Assembly (NCBI GenBank): GCA_001938485.1
Contig: MQRK01210013.1
Location: forward strand, 1 to 57,352
Source: Girardia tigrina
Taxonomy: Eukaryota
DNA: 57,352 nt
Reading direction: 5' to 3'
Shown here: in pieces, positions 53,301-57,352 of the stretch
Numbering within the stretch: position 1 is the stretch's first letter
Layout of the letters: every line of letters starts with the position of its first letter
Notes under the pieces: model-generated
Database searches by the model: none
What the model saw: only the letters and a program-made list of their open reading frames with translations
Told to the model about the DNA's origin: nothing
Position numbers and translations under genes: made by a program

Positions 53301-53427
53301 GAATATCCCATATTATATTTACAACTCCGGAACATAAAGAAATTAGCCTTATAAGATTAACCTCTTTTTCACGGTTTTTAGAAATAATTTTGAAGAAGAG
53401 TGACTCCCAACAATACAATTTAATAAC
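11370..53427 (-). CDS. ABCC: ABCC/MRP-type ABC transporter, 3' portion (16 exons; 5' exons not found in window)
   Basis: Exons: 53143-53427, 52890-52968, 52758-52827, 52581-52707, 46788-47018, 41944-42153, 41831-41900, 33114-33247, 32879-33067, 32618-32839, 27447-27695, 23763-24179, 20743-21060, 13124-13291, 12878-13071, 11370-11475. All are GT-AG bounded and phase-consistent, 3069 nt in total. Motifs: [67 protein letters not shown]. The exact paralogue cannot be assigned. Confidence 0.93.
11577..11667. mobile_element. MULE-type MITE (91 bp)
   Basis: Perfect 9-bp TSD atatacaac; GG...CC imperfect TIRs. Confidence 0.7.
12360..12790. mobile_element. Penelope-like retroelement fragments
   Basis: + strand [25 protein letters not shown]; - strand YGPKFA. 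Confidence 0.7.
12878..13291 (-). CDS. ABCC: ABCC exons, NBD2 signature/Walker B/H-loop
   Basis: [13 protein letters not shown]...NLS|[11 protein letters not shown]...[10 protein letters not shown]...AHR; 52-nt intron. Confidence 0.95.
13946..14493 (-). mobile_element. hAT (SPIN/GTF2IRD2-like) 3' remnant with one terminus
   Basis: EEFNTRF...[21 protein letters not shown]; terminus catgggtgcccaacc. Confidence 0.75.
15030..15560 (+). pseudogene. INTS7: Decayed N-terminal fragment of Integrator subunit 7
   Basis: [17 protein letters not shown] and [65 protein letters not shown] resemble, from memory, INTS7 motifs (PFPILIN; NNFLRLC; HHD...RQLL..L..SYPS...HTFTLL...QIQLLL) in the same order; has a stop, frameshifts and deletions. 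Confidence 0.68.
15736..17560 (+). mobile_element. Ty3/gypsy retrotransposon remnant (gag fragment, RT, RNase H)
   Basis: PKIFDG; [37 protein letters not shown]; TDASF, KELLAI, TDHKA; multiple stops. Confidence 0.92.
17700..18100 (-). mobile_element. Possible Helitron PIF1-helicase remnant
   Basis: Frameshifted MGGKILVLL..FRSQIL resembling the FGGKxxxLxGDFRQ motif. Confidence 0.35.
18455..18903 (+). mobile_element. mariner 3' remnant (cecropia/Hsmar1-like)
   Basis: [25 protein letters not shown]; right TIR ...ttttgcatcaacctaa-TA. Confidence 0.9.
19750..19836. mobile_element. Orphan MULE-like terminal region
   Basis: Repeated ttttcgatgaa subterminal motifs ending gtgcctaatccc; no partner end found. 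Confidence 0.45.
20743..21060 (-). CDS. ABCC: ABCC exon, NBD2 Walker A
   Basis: WPRCGKIEF...[17 protein letters not shown]...ITMFPQ. Confidence 0.95.
21125..21690. mobile_element. Penelope-like RT fragments in inverted arrangement, with a hammerhead-like motif
   Basis: - strand DGIAMGSPL and YKRYVDD; + strand [17 protein letters not shown]; CTGACGA-stem-GAAA at 21127-21154 (-). Confidence 0.75.
23293..23580 (+). rRNA. 28S (LSU) rRNA pseudogenic fragment
   Basis: cctcgtcatctaattagtgacg...gattaacgagatt...ggggaaagaagaccctgttgagcttgactctagt...aagtgggag...gaaatactactac are universally conserved LSU motifs carrying several transitions; no rDNA context. Confidence 0.93.
23763..24179 (-). CDS. ABCC: ABCC exon, TMD2
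   Basis: [19 protein letters not shown]...[10 protein letters not shown]...[11 protein letters not shown]. Confidence 0.93.
24383..24660 (-). mobile_element. Penelope-like RT fragment
   Basis: TIDLL...[10 protein letters not shown]; shares sequence with 26590-26780. Confidence 0.7.
24888..24923. repeat. (TA)n microsatellite
   Basis: Direct observation. Confidence 0.95.
25523..26330 (-). mobile_element. Degenerate mariner
   Basis: [17 protein letters not shown] motifs. Confidence 0.65.
26331..26790 (-). mobile_element. Penelope-like RT fragment
   Basis: [26 protein letters not shown]. Confidence 0.8.
26900..27240. repeat. Non-autonomous element with two ~65-bp internal direct repeats (HINE-like)
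   Basis: cttcc.atgatgctat.gag...aattttcagg.tagtt.tattttgc.ataa.gtatc occurs twice. Confidence 0.4.
27447..27695 (-). CDS. ABCC: ABCC exon, TMD2
   Basis: [11 protein letters not shown]...[13 protein letters not shown]. Confidence 0.92.
28133..30226 (+). mobile_element. hAT Buster-family DNA transposon with both termini and a disrupted transposase
   Basis: 16-bp TIR cagtggttcctaacct; TSD atcTAgat; BED finger ([14 protein letters not shown]), [25 protein letters not shown]. Confidence 0.96.
30420..31074 (-). pseudogene. TM9SF4: Intronless N-terminal fragment of a transmembrane 9 superfamily (TM9SF4-like) gene
   Basis: Signal peptide, [60 protein letters not shown]; the YxxNHL segment is missing and it stops before the TM helices. 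Confidence 0.85.
31450..31596. mobile_element. hAT MITE with GGAGTC repeats
   Basis: TIR ca.ggctgctgagtcgga; 8-bp TSD attaattc. Confidence 0.9.
32618..33247 (-). CDS. ABCC: ABCC exons, linker and start of TMD2
   Basis: [30 protein letters not shown]; introns of 46 and 39 nt. Confidence 0.85.
33281..37549 (-). mobile_element. Near full-length decayed Ty3/gypsy-like LTR retrotransposon with a short LTR
   Basis: 5' LTR TG...CA 37418-37549; PPT ggcgggga and a truncated 3' LTR from 33316; gag with CCHC knuckles, protease ALIDSG, RT ([19 protein letters not shown]), RNase H (WCDASS), integrase (NGIVER). Confidence 0.9.
35183..35324. repeat. (TA)n microsatellite spanning an assembly gap
   Basis: Direct observation. 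Confidence 0.9.
38787..39313 (+). mobile_element. Internally deleted hAT element
   Basis: CAGT.GC.T.GCTAG TIRs; TSD ttcactac; C-terminal dimerisation motif [18 protein letters not shown]. Confidence 0.92.
39610..40246 (-). mobile_element. Helentron/HINE-like non-autonomous element around a gap
   Basis: subTIR accacgtttt/aaaacgtggt, CTGT-type microsatellite near the 5' end, T-run flanks; 39610-39722 is inverted at 39787-39898. Confidence 0.55.
40535..41809 (+). mobile_element. Full-length mariner (cecropia/Hsmar1-like) with a frameshifted transposase
   Basis: TIR ttaggttgttgcaaaag; ~1.28 kb; WVPLEL, TCDE, LLHDNAR, LPHPPY motifs. Confidence 0.95.
41831..42153 (-). CDS. ABCC: ABCC exons, NBD1 Walker B/H-loop and linker
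   Basis: [23 protein letters not shown]...TRLFVTQ; then a 43-nt intron and a 70-nt phase-1 exon (the latter inferred from phase). Confidence 0.85.
42780..43070 (+). mobile_element. Tc1/mariner-superfamily (maT/rosa-like) transposase remnant
   Basis: LTED..RRVKF; [26 protein letters not shown]. Confidence 0.6.
43391..43521. mobile_element. hAT MITE (TAGGG type)
   Basis: TIR tagggagcgac; TSD caccaaat; internal cgatgcatcg repeats. Confidence 0.92.
44295..44825. repeat. ~42-bp AT-rich minisatellite spanning a gap
   Basis: agaattacaattctgaaatttaaaatacaaaatattattttattt unit repeated. Confidence 0.9.
45896..45995. mobile_element. pogo/Tigger-like MITE remnant
   Basis: TA-CCGTATT start; taagtcgca/tgcggcttata motifs. 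Confidence 0.45.
46788..47018 (-). CDS. ABCC: ABCC exon, NBD1 Q-loop and signature
   Basis: [13 protein letters not shown]...[17 protein letters not shown]. Confidence 0.92.
48655..48743. mobile_element. Orphan hAT (TAGGG-type) terminus
   Basis: Repeated ataccggtat subterminal motifs ending gcaaacccta. Confidence 0.6.
49497..49550. mobile_element. 54-bp hAT mini-MITE related to 43391-43521
   Basis: tagagagcga...tcgctcccta; TSD cgctatac/cgctgtac. Confidence 0.8.
49915..50813. mobile_element. Possible CACTG...CAGTG non-autonomous DNA transposon with internal direct repeats
   Basis: cactgg..ggtca / tgacccagtg ends; repeated cctatgggcatt..accacttt; no TSD seen. Confidence 0.4.
52581..52968 (-). 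CDS. ABCC: ABCC three short exons leading to NBD1 Walker A
   Basis: [12 protein letters not shown] / [15 protein letters not shown] / [32 protein letters not shown]; introns of 62 and 50 nt. Confidence 0.9.
53143..53427 (-). CDS. ABCC: ABCC exon, TMD1 C-terminal helices
   Basis: VIKLYCWE...[12 protein letters not shown]; CAG acceptor, GTATGT donor. Confidence 0.9.
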
Positions 53428-54341
53428 CTGAAAATATAAAAAATTGGATAAGAAATCAACTAATAACAGTATAAAAATTTTATTTATTGAATTAGTAATT
53501 AATAATACAATAATACCCAAACAAGATCATTTCGGTCAAGTCGTTTTGGTTAGGTCTCGATATTCATAAGGTACAACAAATCCATTATCACTTTAATAAA
53601 TTTTACATTATCAAAAACGACACCATAATAATAAAAACTTTGTTGACAAACAAGTAATCCATTAAAACATTATTCGCTATGACCCTAAAATTTTCTTCCT
53701 TTTTTCGATTACTGGGATCTTGAAGAATTAGTCAAATGATGTATGATCTCTTACAGATTGATTGCTTCGAAGCATATCTGTAAATTTCTAAATGGCTGGA
53801 TGATGAAATCAAAATTTAACCTACATTTTTGAGTCAGGTCTCAGTATAATTATTGACACTGCCATCAAATGTGATCTAATAGATGTTTCGAATTGATGTA
53901 CCAAATAATGCTCACTGGCGAATGTCTCAACGATTGTAAGACCCCAAAAAACGTTTTTAGAACCAATCTAATACTGTTTGAGAATTTTCAGGGATGTTAT
54001 TCAAGAGGACTTAAAAATTATCATTTATAGTAACCAATTTGAGAGCGAGTATTTCTCTTGCAGTTAAGTCAGAATCGTTGTTGTATTTCTGCAGTAAATG
54101 TTCTTCATTTATTTTTTTATGTTTTTGAGAAAATGAAGAAAATATCAAAAAGTAATTAATCAAGGAAAATATATTTAATAGCATTTAGTGCAGTATATTT
54201 TGTAATTGATTAAAAAAGGATTTAGGCTGAAAAAATTATGATACTTCTCTTATTTATTCGATTATTTGATTGTGTGTGCTTTCCCTTTTATTAAGAAGTA
54301 AAACATAAAAATCTGGTAAGACAAATCCGTTTCTTTCAGCC

Positions 54342-54344
<3 letters not shown>

Positions 54345-54382
<38 letters not shown>
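54345..54382. repeat. (TA)n microsatellite
   Basis: Direct observation. Confidence 0.95.
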
Positions 54383-54385
<3 letters not shown>

Positions 54386-56419
54386 TAAATAACAAAGGTG
54401 CAATACGAAATGTCCCAACAACATAGACCTTTTTCATTAAATGAAACCAAGTGATGTTTGATGCTTTACCAAAATTGAGAATTCGATGGAGATCATTTTA
54501 TTGAGAACCAAACACCAAAGTGATTAGTATTCATCAGCTAGCAATTGGAGGACGCATGAACATTGGGTGACTAAAACATCCAGAAGGACGCAACTGTGCA
54601 ATTGTTACTGAGACTCGGAGGAGGGTTGGCATAGGAGGATTTAGAGAAGAAGTTTCCATTATGTTTATCAATCAAGCTAGATAGATGGTGAATACGTACA
54701 GAATCCGATTTAGGTACAGTACCTCCACCTATATTTATGTGTGGAGGATAAGAACTTGTAAACCACGGAATGATTTACTTTTTCAATAGGAGTTTAAGCA
54801 TAGACGAGCATGTCCAGAAAATCACGAGTTACTTTATCTCTCAGCGCTTTAGCAGTAATTTACTGTTCATATAAAGTAGTCAGCATGTACTGCCTCATAG
54901 CTTACCCACCCGAGGAAGCTTCAGTCTGACATTTCATTTGAAAAAAAGACATTGTTTAAACAATTATTAAAACAAATTTGTTAATTGGTTTTAAATTAAA
55001 GATTCTTTAATAAGTTACTACTTCTGTATTTCTCATCAAATATTTTGCTTTGTAGATTACAATGGATTCAGTCCGCAAAGTATGTGAGAGGATGAGTAGC
55101 TTTCTGATAATAATAAAACAAATTAAAGGTATAGCCAGCTAGTTAAAATTAGTTTTCTGATGAAGAGGAAAAATAATCATTTTGATGTCTGATAGATATC
55201 TGAATCTTTAAGATTTTTCGGTTTTGTATTATTGATATGTTTGCTTTGATTGAATTGAATAGTATTCATTAATGATCCTCTAAATATTTTCCCCGGGATT
55301 CAGCGGGATTCCGCGGATTTTTCCTTTTCCGATTGTCGTGTCCCTGCTTATGCATCAGCAGTGAGAATGTGAAAAGTTTACAATTAAAAAAAATTTTCGA
55401 TTACTGGCATTGATTACCAATATTAAAGTTTTACATTTACTGATTCCGATTTCGATTTTTGATGAATTAATTTGATTTGAGTAGTGATTTTCTGATTCCG
55501 ATTTTACTGATTCGACTGTGATTGCTAGCACCTTTTCTTTGATTTACTGATTTTGAACGAGTTGTTTCTCAGTTTAGTTGAAATTAAATTATTGTTGTCA
55601 AAAATTTCGATTTGTTTCTGAGTTTTTGAAATTGAAAGCTTTTGAAAAGTTGTTGCTCTGACAATTTATCTAAGTATCACAATTTTGTGCGGTTTAAAAG
55701 ATTGAATATTTAATAAAAACAATTCAAAGAGAACTTTGTGATATATAGTTTTTAAAGGATACAATCAATTAAAAATACTATTGAAAAATTATATTTTTGA
55801 ATTCGATATTATGAGCAGAAACCAAACAGTGTAAAAAAAGTCAAACGGACTAATACAAAACATGGAAAAATAAAAAAAGTATATTGTGTTGTTTAGTCTA
55901 ACTAAATAAAAAATATAGACATACAATTTGTTAGGAAAAAGTTAAATCAAAAACAGTTTTGAAGTGAAACAAATACCAGTGAAAATGTAATAGCGGAATG
56001 ATTTCCGAAGTTAGAAGTTTAGAAGGAAGAGAAATATCACCATCAAGAAAGTGCTGCAGGCATGTTCAAATAAATTCAGTTCGAATTATTCGATGGAGAG
56101 AAATACTTATTTGAATCTGGATTCAGGTGACAAAAACCTATTTCAGTTGGGGTTTCAGAAGAAGATGGTTATTGATCAATGAACAATAGTATCTTATTGG
56201 TCAGAGCTTGTGATTGAAAAATGTCCAACGTTGAATTTTTAAAAAATGCTTTAAGAATATCTATTCAAAAAATTACAAATTATTGTTTACTGGACTATAT
56301 ATATATAAATTTAAAAATATAAAATTTAATATTAATAAATACATAATGGTAAAAAGCAAAAGTAAAATTTTAACTTTTTATTCATTGTAAATTAGATAGT
56401 CCACTCAAGTATTTCAGTT

Positions 56420-57160
56420 TATCCTCCCTGATGCATTCAAATTGTAGTCTTGCACAGCCATTACAACAGTATCATGCATTGATGCATAGTTTTTTTCTTT
56501 TTAACATCTGAACGACCTGACTGATCATTTGCCAAAGTCAGCCTGTGACAAGCTATGTCTCTTTCCAATACATCAAACCAGGTCTAAACACTGGGGCTGC
56601 AGCAGTGAAAATGGAATTAAGAGCATTGTGAAAACCTTCAATTATTTTGGTGTTTTCTCACCAGCAGAATCAAAACGGTTCCAACATGTTATTAGAAACT
56701 GAGGAGCTCTACTAAGAAATAAGTACCTATCTTCATCTGGGAATGTTGCAGCAAGAATATCAAAAACATTCCTGACATCAGTGGCAGGCACAAAAGCCAA
56801 AGCAAAAAAAGGATTTTATCCTAAGTTCGATATCAATGTTACTTTCATATTTATTCTTTAATCCAACACTGTTGACTTTTCTCATAAAACTTGGGTAGTG
56901 GGGAAAGTAGCAACCACTTACATATACATCGGGAAATGTTACTCTTATTGCATTCATTCATGCCTTTTCAAAATCTACCAATATTTTTGTTGGTGACAAC
57001 TGAGGGAAAAGTTGCTTAAGAAGTTGAAACATCGTGTGATATGTTTCTGTATCCGTTTTTGCAAAACGAAATAAATGCAAGGTGGATATAATATGCCTAT
57101 TTGAGAATGCCAAGTATAAAGCGGATAGAATATATCAGGGGACTTTTCAAATGTTCCATC
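56420..57160 (-). mobile_element. MULE (Mutator) transposase remnant
   Basis: DGTF, LYT.H, ILVDFEKA, GCYF.H, EGFHNALNS. Confidence 0.85.
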
Positions 57161-57352
57161 AGTAGGGGAAAAATGTTCCTTCTCCGGCAGACCCCCCCCG
57201 GGGGGGGGTCGTAACTAGTTACCGTGGTTGCCCTGGTTACGTAACCAGTTACCCCGCGGGGTTACCATGGCAACGGTCGCGATCACCTTAGCAACGGTCG
57301 CGGTTACCATGGCAACAGTCGCGATCACCTTAGCAACGGTCGCGGTTACCAT
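57161..57352 (+). repeat. Element terminus with palindromes and a 42-bp (2x21) tandem X-box array, running off the window
   Basis: Starts AGTAG where the MULE breaks off; GAC8G9TC; gttaccatggcaac at 57261 and 57303, partial at 57345. Confidence 0.8.

Overview
AT-rich, repeat-dense eukaryotic DNA, most likely an invertebrate animal, from a draft assembly with several N gaps. The backbone is the 3' part of an ABCC/MRP-type ABC transporter gene on the minus strand. I reconstruct 16 phase-consistent exons from 53427 down to a TGA at 11370 (about 1022 aa: end of TMD1, NBD1, TMD2, NBD2); the 5' exons were not found in the window. Introns are mostly either tiny (39-62 nt) or kilobases long and packed with transposon debris: Ty3/gypsy-like LTR elements, Penelope fragments, cecropia-type mariners, hAT/Buster elements and MITEs with 8-bp TSDs, piggyBac and MULE MITEs, and Helitron/Helentron remnants. 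Three things stand out. (i) Several GC-rich, decayed fragments of unrelated cellular genes (INTS7 and TM9SF4 N-termini, unidentified ORF-like pieces) and a 28S rRNA piece sit in the introns, often beside orphan TIR-like ends, which suggests a gene-capture process. (ii) At the right edge, an element beginning AGTAG carries stacked palindromes and a 21-bp-phased array of RFX X-box motifs. (iii) The transporter has a non-canonical NBD1 H-loop and frequent AAG acceptors. All homology calls are by motif recognition, not database search.
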